Numbered from the stretch's first letter, positions 1 through 10,703 are shown. The stretch is DNA of 64,000 bases from an uncultured archaeon (GCA_964447495.1 CAYUTF010000005.1:2240-66239); one strand, 5' to 3'. The notes: generated by a model not told the origin, from the letters alone. Translations and numbers: made by a program.

Positions 1-146
1 TTCGTTCTTAAATTTAATGCCCATAACCAAAAGAATAATCCCCCTTCACTATAAATAACAAAAGCCACGGGTGTTAATAATCCAATTATAGCTAGAATAG
101 CACTACATATTGGTAAAATCCAGAGATATTTTTTAATTCCTACCAT
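1..146 (-). CDS. Hypothetical small membrane protein, 5' part only (runs off window start)
   Basis: ATG at 146-144 on the minus strand opens MVGIKKYLWILPICSAILAIIGLLTPVAFVIYSEGGLFFWLWALNLRT..., which is hydrophobic and open to position 1. Not in the ORF track because it is truncated. Confidence 0.3.
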   Translation of the reverse strand, partial: MVGIKKYLWILPICSAILAIIGLLTPVAFVIYSEGGLFFWLWALNLRT

Positions 147-222
147 TTTTTACAACCCTCAAGATAAAGATATATCAATAAGGAAAATAAAATTAATTAT
201 TTTAAATTATACTTTTCCTATT

Positions 223-1524
223 TCAAAATATTTTGGGTGGATCAGTTCTTAAATCCTTGATTTTTCCCTGTAATATTGGATCATTCGTTTCTTTTAACCA
301 TCTAAATAATTTGACTTTAAGCGTTTCTTTAATTGACTTATATTCAGAATTAGAGCAAAGATTATTCATTTCCGTAGGATCAGATATAAGATGATACAAT
401 TCTTCATCGGGACGAGGTTTCTTGATTAACTCCGTCATATATTTTCCTGTTTTGAAAGGGGCAGTAAATAAATCTATTTGATATAATGCTGGAAATTTTT
501 CAAAGTTCACAATATACTTATATTTCTCTGTTCTAATACTTCTCATGGGATCATAGAATTCATGAAAAGTTTTTTCAGTATAAATTTCTTTCCTAAAAGG
601 TTCAGCTTGGTTTCTAAGACACTTTAGAAAACTTTCCCCTTCAATATTTTTTGGGATCTTTGCTCCAATATAATCCAATATCGTAGGGAGCAGATCAATA
701 TTACTGATCATTTGACTAATTTCCTTTCCATTGCTAAAGAGATCCGAGTTAGGAAAAGACATTAAGAGTGAAGTTTTAATGCCAGGGTCGTAAAGCGTAC
801 ATTTAGCTCTTGGAAATGGTTCACCATGATCTGTTGTAAATATAAATAGAGTATTTTCCGCCAATCCGAAGGATTCTAAATGTTCCATTAATCTTCCTAT
901 TGTTTCATCAACTATGTGAATAGCACCATAATAGTCTGCGAAGTCTTCATGTATCATATCATTATCAGGTAAGTAAGGTGGCACCTTAACATTAACTGGG
1001 TCAACTGGATCACCCCATCCTCCAAATGGTCGATGTACTTCCCATGATCCGATACATGCATAAAAAGGTTTTTTAATATTTTTATGTTCTGACAAAAAGT
1101 CGCGATATTTCCTTTTCATTCGATTACAGGAATAGTTAATTACATGCCCTCTTTTACTCATCGTATCATATCCGAGTGTTTGGGCGTCCATCGACTCATG
1201 CTGTAATCCAAGTAAATGTGTTGTATATCCATTTTCTTTTAAATACATCGGAAGGGTTTTATTTGTTTCGGGTAAAGTCCAACCTCGATCCACTAAACCC
1301 ATTAATCCATTTTGATGAGGATAAAGAGATGTTTGTATGCTTCCCCGACTGGGACTGCATTGTGGAGCTGTACAAAAATAATTGTTAAATTTTATCCCAT
1401 CTCGAGCTACATTATCTAAATTTGGAGTTTTCAATGAATTTGGGGTTTGTTTTGAATCATAGCACCCAATAAATTGCCCTTGATCATGAGTGATAAACAA
1501 AATGATATTTGGTTTTTCCTTCAT
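223..1524 (-). CDS. Cys-type sulfatase (arylsulfatase family)
   Basis: N-terminal IILFITHDQG metal-binding start and a formylglycine motif C-S-P-S-R (CTAPQCSPSRGS). The size of 433 aa is typical. Confidence 0.85.
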   Translation of the reverse strand: MKEKPNIILFITHDQGQFIGCYDSKQTPNSLKTPNLDNVARDGIKFNNYFCTAPQCSPSRGSIQTSLYPHQNGLMGLVDRGWTLPETNKTLPMYLKENGYTTHLLGLQHESMDAQTLGYDTMSKRGHVINYSCNRMKRKYRDFLSEHKNIKKPFYACIGSWEVHRPFGGWGDPVDPVNVKVPPYLPDNDMIHEDFADYYGAIHIVDETIGRLMEHLESFGLAENTLFIFTTDHGEPFPRAKCTLYDPGIKTSLLMSFPNSDLFSNGKEISQMISNIDLLPTILDYIGAKIPKNIEGESFLKCLRNQAEPFRKEIYTEKTFHEFYDPMRSIRTEKYKYIVNFEKFPALYQIDLFTAPFKTGKYMTELIKKPRPDEELYHLISDPTEMNNLCSNSEYKSIKETLKVKLFRWLKETNDPILQGKIKDLRTDPPKIF

Positions 1525-1585
1525 AATATCAATTTTATTTTTTTGAGTATTTTAAAAAAGTAATAAAAAAAAGGATAAATAATTA

Positions 1586-2983
1586 TTATGCAGATAATTT
1601 CGCACGTTTCTCTTCATGTAGTTTATTTACGTCTTCTTTTAACTTCTCAAACTTTTTCTTAGTTATAGGAAAAAGTAGCATCATTACAATTCCGAAAGCC
1701 AGTGCTATTACTGGGAAAGTAAACATTAGCATTCTTAATCCAATTACGGTATCAGGGCCTGCTGTTTCTGGAGTAAAAACTCTCCATCCTACACTTTCAA
1801 ATACTGAATTTATTGTAAGAAAGATGAAGATTGTTGAGAGTCTTATAACTAAAGCATTTACACCATAAAAGCTTCCTTCTCTTCGAACACCTGTTTTAAG
1901 TTCATCTTCATCAGCGATAGCGGAAACTAAAGGATCTCTGAAAAATAAGGATCCTGATAAGCCAAGACCTACAAAAAAGAATGCTACCAAGCCAGATGTA
2001 AAATCAGATATCCAAATAAATGGAATTAATACAAGAATAAATGCTATCATCGATAAAATAAAGCCTATTCTCAATCCAAGTTTTAGAGTTACAAAACGCC
2101 ACAGAAAAATAAATATTATAGCTGATACAAAAGCTAGCCCAAGCAGCACTGATTGAAGCAATGCATCTGGAGTGTTGAGTACAAATTTCCCAAAGAGTGG
2201 CACAATAGTAGGAAGCATCCCGAATACATACCAATTAGCTAAAGCAGTTAATGCATAACAAATAAAAGCCTTATTTTTAAAAGTTATTTTTATAGACTTA
2301 AGAAATGATGGAGTAGTCGCCTTATCAATAACAAATTCAGCCTTTTCCTTAATACCCCATTTAATGAAGATAATAGCACCGATAGCCATAACAATTGCCA
2401 TAAAAATTCCAGTACCTATATAATTAGGTGCAAATTGGGAAAGGGTATAATCAGGTATGAAGAAACTAGGCACTATAAAAGCAAAAATGAGACCAATAAC
2501 AGAAAATATCTGTCTTACATTGTTTACTTTTGATCTTAATTCTAATGATTGGAACATCTCTGGAAAAAGTGAAGTTTGGTTGATACTGTATAAAGTATAA
2601 ATTGTGTCAAATAGAATTATAATTATTAAGAAATAAAAGAAGGTAATTATAGGAGATGTAGTAATTGGTGTCCATAGAAGAATTGTTATAACACAGAGTG
2701 GTATAAAGCTTATGATTATATACGGACGTCGTTTTCCCCATTTTGTATTTGTCCTATCTGAAATTATGCCCCACATAGGATCATTTAGGGCATTCCAAAC
2801 ACTCCAAATAATAAAGGCAATGGTAATCCAATCAGTTGGTAGACCGATAACAGAATAGTAAAATGTAAATATCAAGAATGTAAAAAATTGATAAGATAAG
2901 ACATCAGAAAATAGCCCTGAGCTATAAGCTAAGGTATGTTTTAAAGAAAACTGTTCTCTTTCTACATCAGACATAAATGTCAC
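1586..2983 (-). CDS. GPH-family (glycoside-pentoside-hexuronide) sugar:cation symporter, MFS superfamily
   Basis: About 12 predicted TM segments and a loop DRTNTKWGKRRPYI characteristic of MelB/GusB-type carriers. It lies 61 nt downstream of the sulfatase on the same strand. Confidence 0.8.
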   Translation of the reverse strand: MTFMSDVEREQFSLKHTLAYSSGLFSDVLSYQFFTFLIFTFYYSVIGLPTDWITIAFIIWSVWNALNDPMWGIISDRTNTKWGKRRPYIIISFIPLCVITILLWTPITTSPIITFFYFLIIIILFDTIYTLYSINQTSLFPEMFQSLELRSKVNNVRQIFSVIGLIFAFIVPSFFIPDYTLSQFAPNYIGTGIFMAIVMAIGAIIFIKWGIKEKAEFVIDKATTPSFLKSIKITFKNKAFICYALTALANWYVFGMLPTIVPLFGKFVLNTPDALLQSVLLGLAFVSAIIFIFLWRFVTLKLGLRIGFILSMIAFILVLIPFIWISDFTSGLVAFFFVGLGLSGSLFFRDPLVSAIADEDELKTGVRREGSFYGVNALVIRLSTIFIFLTINSVFESVGWRVFTPETAGPDTVIGLRMLMFTFPVIALAFGIVMMLLFPITKKKFEKLKEDVNKLHEEKRAKLSA

Positions 2984-3226
2984 TTTAAAATATTTATTTT
3001 AAATGTTGTTTTTATATTGATTTACTAATATTTAATAGTTTCTGATTTAGTAATAGAGTAGAATAATTGAAACTGATAAACTATACCACTATTAAAAGAC
3101 TTTGAGATATAGTAAAACCCATTTTTACAGATAGAAAACCGTCATATTAAATTTATACGGTTTCCTATTCCAAATTTAAAAAGATAATGTCTTTCCGTAA
3201 TTAAACTATTTGCTATTGTTTAACTA

Positions 3227-4453
3227 TTACATTACTTTTTTAAACAAATCTAAATATTTCTCAACATGTTTGGGTAAAAGAAATTCTTTTTTTACTTTAT
3301 CATGTCCTTTTCTACCCATTTCCTTAGCTTTTTTGGGATTCTTTAATAAATATAGAATTTTTTCAGCAGTTTCATCAACATTATTAACAAGAAAACCATT
3401 TATGCCATTCTCAATTTGAAGTTTGATTCCTCCAACGTTGCCCCCAATAACTGGAATTTTTTTCCAAAGTGCTTCAGTAACAGTAAGTCCAAAACCTTCT
3501 TTTATTGATTTCTGCAAAATTATATCCGAAACACGCTGAAAGGCATTTACTTCTAAATTACCTATACCATCAAGATTACTTAAGACATGAACATAAGGAT
3601 CATTTCCAATATAATCTCTAATTTTTTGTAACCATCTATTCCCTTCGGGATCGTCATGGGCTAAGCTGCCCACAAGAGCGAGTTGTATGGGTGTCTTCTC
3701 TTTAACGATTTTATAAGCATCAATTACCCCAAGAGGATCTTTCCATGGATCAAATCGAGAAACTTGAGTTATTAAAGGGCGATCTAATGGAATATACTTT
3801 TTTACTATATTTTTAGATTCTTCAATCGATAATTCCTCATTTTTTTTAGAAAAAGGATCAATAGATGGGGTGATTTGATAGATAAAATTCTTGAGACTAT
3901 CTTTGGCATATTCTAATTTTGTAAAAATTAAAGCATCGTAAAAAGCCAAATAAGGAGAGATTAATTCCCAAGCTTGAGGATTTCGATCCGAAGTATCAAT
4001 ATGACAGCGCCAGATCCACTTACCATGCTTACTTTCAGCAAAGTTAATTAGTGGGCTTGGTTGAGGATCATGAATTATATTGAAATCAGCATCAGGATGA
4101 ACTTGTTCATATGTAGATTTAGCTTGTTCAATGAATAATTTGACCTCCTCCTCGGTAAACTGAATACTTTTATCACCTTGCAATGCGTTATGCATTTTTT
4201 TTGAGATTTCGAAAAAAGCATCAGGAGCGGTAAAAGTTTTCCATTCTGTATTAATTCCTAATTCATTCATAAGTGGGACCATATTTTGTAAAATCTCTGC
4301 TACTCCACCACCAAATTTAGTAGAATTTACATGTAAAACAGACATATTACTGAACTCTTTAGAAAGTTTTAACAGTTTTTTTATTGAATTTTCTCCTAAT
4401 AATTTTCTATAGGCCTCTAACAAACTCTTTTTATCGTTTTCCATTAACTTCAC
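3227..4453 (-). CDS. GT4-type glycosyltransferase, trehalose glycosyltransferring synthase (TreT)-like
   Basis: N-terminal VNSTKFGGGVAEILQNMVP and a C-terminal GT-B region (EGFGLTVTEALWKKIPVIGGNVGGI). It is about 410 aa and divergent from a sugar ABC transporter, as in Thermococcales treT loci. Confidence 0.6.
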   Translation of the reverse strand: MKLMENDKKSLLEAYRKLLGENSIKKLLKLSKEFSNMSVLHVNSTKFGGGVAEILQNMVPLMNELGINTEWKTFTAPDAFFEISKKMHNALQGDKSIQFTEEEVKLFIEQAKSTYEQVHPDADFNIIHDPQPSPLINFAESKHGKWIWRCHIDTSDRNPQAWELISPYLAFYDALIFTKLEYAKDSLKNFIYQITPSIDPFSKKNEELSIEESKNIVKKYIPLDRPLITQVSRFDPWKDPLGVIDAYKIVKEKTPIQLALVGSLAHDDPEGNRWLQKIRDYIGNDPYVHVLSNLDGIGNLEVNAFQRVSDIILQKSIKEGFGLTVTEALWKKIPVIGGNVGGIKLQIENGINGFLVNNVDETAEKILYLLKNPKKAKEMGRKGHDKVKKEFLLPKHVEKYLDLFKKVM

Positions 4454-4622
4454 TATTTTAATATTTATTATATCCTAAGAAGATTATTTGTATTAAATTT
4501 ATTTTCCTTATATTTTTAATAGCACAGAAAAATCATTGAATCAAATTTAAAGATTTTGAAGAATAAATATTTATTAGTAGTGATATTTAAAAATAAGTCA
4601 ATAATTTTGTAATATATAAAAA

Positions 4623-5261
4623 TTGATAATCTCTATTAGTCTATTAATTATGGAATTTAAGGGACTTATTGAAGAATATAAAACCTATAATAAACAAAGA
4701 ATTAAAAAGTTAATATTATATAGCATTATAGGTTTTTATTTGTTATTTTTATACTTATATAACATCCATCGACAATATGGGTTAAGTATTCAATTAAGTT
4801 GGTTAAATGGAATTATTTCAGCTTTAATAACTACCCTAATTTATCTATTTCTATTCAATTTTTTAGGGTTTCTTCTAAAAACAGAACATACAAAACAGAA
4901 TCTAAAAATTAATTTATTTATTGTATTAATTGGAGTTGTTATGTTGTTATTTGCAGGTATTATTGGAATAAATAATGAGAATATTATGTCTCTTTTAATC
5001 ACCGTTCCGAGTGTTTTTTTAGCTTTTTTTATGCCATTGATCTTAAGCATTATAGGTTATCTTGGAATTATTATTGTTCTTCTGGGGAAAAGATATGGAA
5101 ATTATATAATACTTCTTGCTGGAGGAATTGCAATTATTGGAATGTTTATAACAATCTTTAGCAATTCAATTATTACAATACCATTGGTTCTTACATTTAT
5201 ATTTATTGATCCGTTTCTCATAATCATTGGTGGCGTCCTCGGACTTATTTTTAAAGCGTAA
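4623..5261 (+). CDS. Hypothetical polytopic membrane protein
   Basis: 212 aa, almost entirely hydrophobic helices. No recognisable motif. Confidence 0.4.
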   Translation: MIISISLLIMEFKGLIEEYKTYNKQRIKKLILYSIIGFYLLFLYLYNIHRQYGLSIQLSWLNGIISALITTLIYLFLFNFLGFLLKTEHTKQNLKINLFIVLIGVVMLLFAGIIGINNENIMSLLITVPSVFLAFFMPLILSIIGYLGIIIVLLGKRYGNYIILLAGGIAIIGMFITIFSNSIITIPLVLTFIFIDPFLIIIGGVLGLIFKA

Positions 5262-5459
5262 TTCTTTTATGTTTGTGAAGTGTGAGAATGTGAGAGCTTA
5301 ATTATAAATATACTCAAATTGAGTTATGAAGATTCATTTACTATAACAAAATAATTATAAAGGATATATTTATAAGCAATTTTTTCTCAAATTTTAAATA
5401 ACTTAAATTAAACAAGAAAATTTTGAAATTAAACTTTAAAATGAAGTGATATGTAATAA

Positions 5460-6920
5460 ATGAGAAGAATTACAAATAAAAAATCCGTAATTTTGTTAAT
5501 TGGACTATTGACATTATTTCCACTTGCATTTTTTGTATTTCCAGCCAGCGCAGTATCACAACCTAAAACTTCTGCTCCTTTAATTCTTAATATTGTAGTA
5601 ACAACAGAACAACAACCAGGGGTAACTGGTGTTATTCCTGACTTTTTAGCATCAGATTTGGGCTCAGGAGTAGATGGTGTTAACGTTCTTGCTTCTGGTA
5701 CAACTTCTGATGATCAGCTTGTGTATGTTTCAACTCGCTTAGCTGCTCAATCGTCCGATCTCGATGTTATAGGCATGGATGTAATATGGACAGCTCAATT
5801 TGTGGATAATGGTTGGCTCGAGAATTTGTCTCCGCTTTTATTATCGAATGAAATGGATGATTATGTTGGCGGGATGGTAGATTCCGCTACATATAAGGGT
5901 TCTGTTTGGGCATTCCCATACTTCCTTGATATGGGCGTTTTATATTATCGAACAGATTTATTGAATGATACATTTGGACCTGGTGGATGGACCACTGCTG
6001 ATTTTGATACATGGGCTGAACTAAATGCCACTGCGAATGCAGTACTTCAATATGAGAATGATCCTAATTTATTTGGATATATTGCTCAACTTTCAGCCTA
6101 TGAAGGAGGTACTGTCAACTTTCAAGAGTGGATCGGAAGTAACGGGGTAACAGATATTTTTAATCCAGATGGTACTCCTAATGTTACTCAACAAGCAATG
6201 ATCGATGCATTATCTTTTCTGAAAGCGTTAATTCCACCTAAACCACCAGCATCACAAGATTTAATAAACTCACCCTATATCATTCCAAGAGTTGCTCTGA
6301 CTTATAATGAAGGAACCTCACATGCAGCTTGGTTGGCGGGTCATGCTTTATTTATTAGAAATTGGCCTTATATGTACTCATTAACTCTTGCTTCACCATA
6401 TAATGCGTCTTTTGGAATAACTGCCATACCAACTTTCCATGGTACCCCTGATGAGAAGTCTTCTTGCGTTGGTGGGCAAATCCTTGGTATTTCTACATAT
6501 AGTAATCATAAAGAGGCAGCTCTTAATCTCACACGTTTCTTAAGTTCTAATCATTCACAATACTATGCTTTAGATACATTAGGACACTTTCCAGCATTGA
6601 AAGAAACTTATAGTTCTTTACCACCTGATAAAGCATATGTATATGACTTCTATTTAGCTTCAGATAGCACCCTTGCTAGACCTAAAAACGCACAATATTC
6701 TACTATAAGTGGGAAAATTAATGAAAATTTCGTTAGCATAATCAGTTGTGATGTAACTGCCACAGTGGGACTACAGAATTTGCAAAGTGATATTGAAGAT
6801 ATTTTAGCACCAGTTCCAGAAGTTGCAATCCCTGGGTTTCAGATTGGTTTACTTCTAATTGCAATGATGTCAACGATTTCGATAGTCATTGTAATAAAAC
6901 GGAAAAAAATTAAACAATAA
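5460..6920 (+). CDS. Extracellular sugar-binding protein of an ABC transporter (family 1 SBP) with a C-terminal PGF-type membrane anchor
   Basis: N-terminal signal/TM segment and an SBP-like body (WTAQFVDNGWLENL, WAFPYFLDMGVLYYRTDLL). The C-terminus is PGFQIGLLLIAMMSTISIVIVIKRKKIKQ. It is followed by permease and ATPase genes. Confidence 0.75.
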   Translation: MRRITNKKSVILLIGLLTLFPLAFFVFPASAVSQPKTSAPLILNIVVTTEQQPGVTGVIPDFLASDLGSGVDGVNVLASGTTSDDQLVYVSTRLAAQSSDLDVIGMDVIWTAQFVDNGWLENLSPLLLSNEMDDYVGGMVDSATYKGSVWAFPYFLDMGVLYYRTDLLNDTFGPGGWTTADFDTWAELNATANAVLQYENDPNLFGYIAQLSAYEGGTVNFQEWIGSNGVTDIFNPDGTPNVTQQAMIDALSFLKALIPPKPPASQDLINSPYIIPRVALTYNEGTSHAAWLAGHALFIRNWPYMYSLTLASPYNASFGITAIPTFHGTPDEKSSCVGGQILGISTYSNHKEAALNLTRFLSSNHSQYYALDTLGHFPALKETYSSLPPDKAYVYDFYLASDSTLARPKNAQYSTISGKINENFVSIISCDVTATVGLQNLQSDIEDILAPVPEVAIPGFQIGLLLIAMMSTISIVIVIKRKKIKQ

Positions 6921-6985
6921 TTTTAAATAAAACCAAATTCTCTTTTTTTTTTAATAATTTTTAAAATTTTAAATTATGATTAAAT

Positions 6986-9016
6986 ATGTCAACAACATCA
7001 CTTACTGAAAAGTTAGAGGTTGTATTACCTAAAAGTAAAAAGAATAAACCCCCATCTGATAGTAAATTCATTATTGCTATAGTATCTCCCGCGTTATTAT
7101 TATTTGCTATAGCTATTTTACTACCTATTGCAGTAGGGATAATTATTAGTTTGCGAGATAGTCAAGGCTCAAATTTCTTCGGAAATCAATTCGTTTTAAC
7201 TCAGTATTATAACCTTTTATTTTTTGGAAAGGATGCGAGCCAAACTTTTTATCAATATACCTATCAAACTTTGTTTTTTTCAATTGTTTCTGTTTCAATT
7301 GAATTCGTATTAGGTATAGGATTTGCACTGATATTAAATAAAAAATTTAAAGGAAGGGGTATAGCTCGTGCAACATTATTAATCCCTTGGGCAATACCTA
7401 CAGTAGCATCTGCCACAATCTTTCGTTATAAAATCTTTGCTCCTTTAGAAGATTATGGATTGATTAACAGCTTCTTAGCCTTACTAAACATGAACCCAGT
7501 GCAATTTTTTGGATCTTATGGTGTAGCTGAGACAATATTTACGATTCCAATACTTTTCCCCTTCAGTCCATTCATGGGAGAAATAGAAATTTCTACAACA
7601 ATGTTCACGGCAATTGTAATAGATGTCTGGAAGACGACTCCCTTTATAACATTATTAATTTTAGCGGCTCTTCAGATTGTATCAAGAGATTTATACAAAG
7701 CTGGAGATGTAGCAGGTGCATCTGGATTGCAAAAATTCAGATATATTACATGGCCTTTAATTAAGCCTGGTATAGGAATAGCCTTAGTTTTTCGAATGAT
7801 GCAGGCTTTGAGGGTATATGATGCGATAGTTATATTTCAAGATCCAAGGGTAGCATCTATGACAGTTCAAGCCTACAATGTATATACTAATTCTAAATAT
7901 GGTTTAGCTTCTGCTATTGCAGTATTACTATTTGCCTTAATAATAATGTTTGCTGTTATTATATTTTATTTTACTCGAAGAAGAGAAAAAGGTGAAACTA
8001 AAGGTAATAAAGCAGAAGTTAGTAAAGTTTATGAAAAGTCAGATGATTTGCTTGGTACTGAAGAATATTTAGAAGAAATAGGATTTCAAGAATCAAGAAT
8101 TGAAGCTCCTTCAGAAAGGAAAATTATGTGGTACATAAGAAAGAGAAAATTAAAATCAATAATTTTTTATATAGCAGTTGGGTTTATGTGCTTGTTTTGT
8201 GCATTTCCTTTTGGGTGGGTTGTTTTACATTCATTCAGAGATCCATTCACTTATCCTACTTCTTTTGAAATAATTCCTAAAATATTTTCTATCGAAGCAT
8301 ATGTGCTATTATTTCAAACTTCTCAATTTACAGGTGTTTCTTTTGGTATAGCATTGTTAAATAGTTTAATATTAGCAGGACTTACAGTACTTTTAACAAT
8401 TACCACTGGATCATTAATCGCTTATGCTATAGCAAAATTTGATTTTCCTGGAAAATCTACATTGAATTCCTTCATTTTTTCAATGAATAGTTTACCACCA
8501 TTAATTATAATAATACCTTATTTTATACAAACAGCATTTCTATCAGCATTAATCCCATTCATTCAATTCCAAGACAACATTTTTGCATTAGTACTGCCAT
8601 ACTCTGCTTTCAATTTGCCACTAGCCGTTTTTGTTTTAGTTGCTTTTTTTAACGAGATTCCAGAAGAATTAAGAAAAGCAGCTAAGGTAGACGGAGCTTC
8701 AAATTTCCAAATTTTCAGAAAAATCTTCTTACCTTTAACTGTTCCTGGAATTTTTACTTGTGGGATTTTAGTTTTTATTTCTTCTTGGAATGAATTGTTA
8801 TTTGCACGCATTTTCATCACTACTGATATCAATCAAACGGTTCCTCAGGCAATAGTAAGGTTTGTTTTTAATGATTTATCTCAAACAGCACTTTGGGATA
8901 CTACTGTTACCTTAATGGCTGCAACGTCGTTGGCTACAGTTCCTTTAATTATATTCGTATTAATATTTCAGAAAAAAATAGTGAGTGGATTAACTATGGG
9001 TGCAGTGAAAGGTTAA
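6986..9016 (+). CDS. Fused ABC sugar permease (MalF/UgpA-like plus MalG/UgpE-like halves in one polypeptide)
   Basis: Two complete permease modules, each with its own EAA loop (KAGDVAGASGLQKFRYITWPLIKPG and KAAKVDGASNFQIFRKIFLPLTVPG), joined by a charged linker (about aa 330-380). Confidence 0.8.
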   Translation: MSTTSLTEKLEVVLPKSKKNKPPSDSKFIIAIVSPALLLFAIAILLPIAVGIIISLRDSQGSNFFGNQFVLTQYYNLLFFGKDASQTFYQYTYQTLFFSIVSVSIEFVLGIGFALILNKKFKGRGIARATLLIPWAIPTVASATIFRYKIFAPLEDYGLINSFLALLNMNPVQFFGSYGVAETIFTIPILFPFSPFMGEIEISTTMFTAIVIDVWKTTPFITLLILAALQIVSRDLYKAGDVAGASGLQKFRYITWPLIKPGIGIALVFRMMQALRVYDAIVIFQDPRVASMTVQAYNVYTNSKYGLASAIAVLLFALIIMFAVIIFYFTRRREKGETKGNKAEVSKVYEKSDDLLGTEEYLEEIGFQESRIEAPSERKIMWYIRKRKLKSIIFYIAVGFMCLFCAFPFGWVVLHSFRDPFTYPTSFEIIPKIFSIEAYVLLFQTSQFTGVSFGIALLNSLILAGLTVLLTITTGSLIAYAIAKFDFPGKSTLNSFIFSMNSLPPLIIIIPYFIQTAFLSALIPFIQFQDNIFALVLPYSAFNLPLAVFVLVAFFNEIPEELRKAAKVDGASNFQIFRKIFLPLTVPGIFTCGILVFISSWNELLFARIFITTDINQTVPQAIVRFVFNDLSQTALWDTTVTLMAATSLATVPLIIFVLIFQKKIVSGLTMGAVKG

Positions 9017-9043
9017 GTTGTACGTTTAAAGAGGTAAAGAAAA

Positions 9044-10132
9044 ATGGTTGTAATTAGATTAAAAAATGTGAATAAACAATTTGGCGAAGATGTAGTTGTT
9101 CTAAAGGATATAAATTTAGAGATACTTGATAAAGAATTCCTTGTTCTTGTTGGTCCATCTGGGTGCGGTAAATCAACATGCCTAAACTTAATAGCAGGTT
9201 TAGAATATGTAACTTCAGGAAAGATCTATTTTGATAATGCTGACGTTACTTATCTACCTCCAAAAGAACGTAAAATTGCTATGGTATTTCAGAGCTATGC
9301 GTTATATCCACATATGAATGTGAGAGAAAATATGGGCTTTTCTTTAAAACTTTCAAAAATGGATAAGAAAGAAATTAATAAAAGAGTTGAGGCTGCAGCG
9401 GAATTGTTGGGAATAAAACAATTATTGACTCGCAAACCTAGTGAATTAAGTGGAGGTCAACGGCAGAGAGTAGCTTTAGGAAGATCTATTGTTCGTAATC
9501 CGACAGTATTTCTCTTTGATGAACCATTGAGTAATTTAGATGCGAAGTTACGTATACAAATGAGAGGTGAGATAATTAAATTGCATAGAAAACTCAGGAT
9601 TACACAGGTATATGTAACGCACGACCAAGTAGAAGCTATGTCTATGGCAGATCGTATAGCTATTTTATTTAATGGCCAATTTCAGCAGATAGGACCTCCT
9701 AAAGAAGTATATAATAAACCTGCAAATAAGTTTGTTGCAGGATTTATTGGATCACCAGCTATGAATTTCTGGGATGCACAAGTTAATGGTACTAAGGTTG
9801 TTTTTGGGAAACAAGAATATCCTCTTCCTCAAGATATAGTAGAAAAACTTAAAAGTAAAGGAGCAGACAATATAGTTCTTGGAATCCGGCCTGAACATAT
9901 AACTATTACCCCTAAAGTCCGCGATGAATCATATAAAGTTCATCTAACTGTAGTGGAGTTTCTTGGTGCTGAGACTATAGTCACATTTGAGTTTTCTGAT
10001 GGAATAAATGGTATGGTGGCTGTGTCTGGTTTTTATCCCGCAAAAATGGGTGATAATGCTTACATTTCACTTCCTTCTGAAAAAATACATATATTTGACA
10101 GGGAGACTGAAATAAATCTTATTTTATCATAA
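9044..10132 (+). CDS. ABC transporter ATP-binding protein, MalK/UgpC family
   Basis: Walker A GPSGCGKST, signature LSGGQRQRVALGR, Walker B FLFDEPLSNLD, and a C-terminal MalK-type regulatory/TOBE-like domain. Confidence 0.9.
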   Translation: MVVIRLKNVNKQFGEDVVVLKDINLEILDKEFLVLVGPSGCGKSTCLNLIAGLEYVTSGKIYFDNADVTYLPPKERKIAMVFQSYALYPHMNVRENMGFSLKLSKMDKKEINKRVEAAAELLGIKQLLTRKPSELSGGQRQRVALGRSIVRNPTVFLFDEPLSNLDAKLRIQMRGEIIKLHRKLRITQVYVTHDQVEAMSMADRIAILFNGQFQQIGPPKEVYNKPANKFVAGFIGSPAMNFWDAQVNGTKVVFGKQEYPLPQDIVEKLKSKGADNIVLGIRPEHITITPKVRDESYKVHLTVVEFLGAETIVTFEFSDGINGMVAVSGFYPAKMGDNAYISLPSEKIHIFDRETEINLILS

Positions 10133-10158
10133 AATTAAACAGATTAAAAGGAAATAGC

Positions 10159-10620
10159 ATGACTATTGCTGGCTTATATCAAAGAGCGAAAGAGAAAAGT
10201 ACTTTGGCGGGAGTAATAATTACATATTTGATAGCGTTCATTTCATTTGTGATTTTTCCTTCTGGGATAATATATTCTGGAGATATTCAAATGATTATCG
10301 GTTGCATAATAGGCACAAGATTTACTCTTAGAAATAATCATTCACATAGGCATTATATAACATATGGAATTTTTGTAGGTTTAATAGGAGCAAGTTTAAC
10401 TTGTATTTCATATACTACTCTTGTTTTTATAGTTTTATTGGAAAGTTTTTTCAATTCATTCGCAATATTAGTCATATTTGAACTTTATTTCATTGAAGCT
10501 ATAATAGTTGGATTAACTGTCGGATTAATAATTGGAGGATATTATAATCATAAATACAAATCAATAACTAAAACATCAATTGAAGATGATCCTTTTTATC
10601 AAAGTCTATACGAGAAATAA
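10159..10620 (+). CDS. Hypothetical membrane protein
   Basis: 153 aa with four hydrophobic segments. It begins 26 nt after the ABC ATPase. Confidence 0.4.
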   Translation: MTIAGLYQRAKEKSTLAGVIITYLIAFISFVIFPSGIIYSGDIQMIIGCIIGTRFTLRNNHSHRHYITYGIFVGLIGASLTCISYTTLVFIVLLESFFNSFAILVIFELYFIEAIIVGLTVGLIIGGYYNHKYKSITKTSIEDDPFYQSLYEK

Positions 10621-10679
10621 CAAACTTAGATAATAAAATATTAAAAAAAGAATTTATTTTAATATTTACAACTAAAATC

Positions 10680-10703
10680 TTCGTGAAACCATCCTTTCAC
10701 GAA
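10680..10703. promoter_or_regulatory. Perfect 9-bp inverted repeat TTCGTGAAA-N6-TTTCACGAA
   Basis: Read directly: ttcgtgaaa (10680-10688), ccatcc, tttcacgaa (10695-10703). It is in the spacer between the 10159..10620 and 10882..12288 genes. A second repeat, TATACCT-N13-AGGTATA, lies at 10710-10736. Confidence 0.3.
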
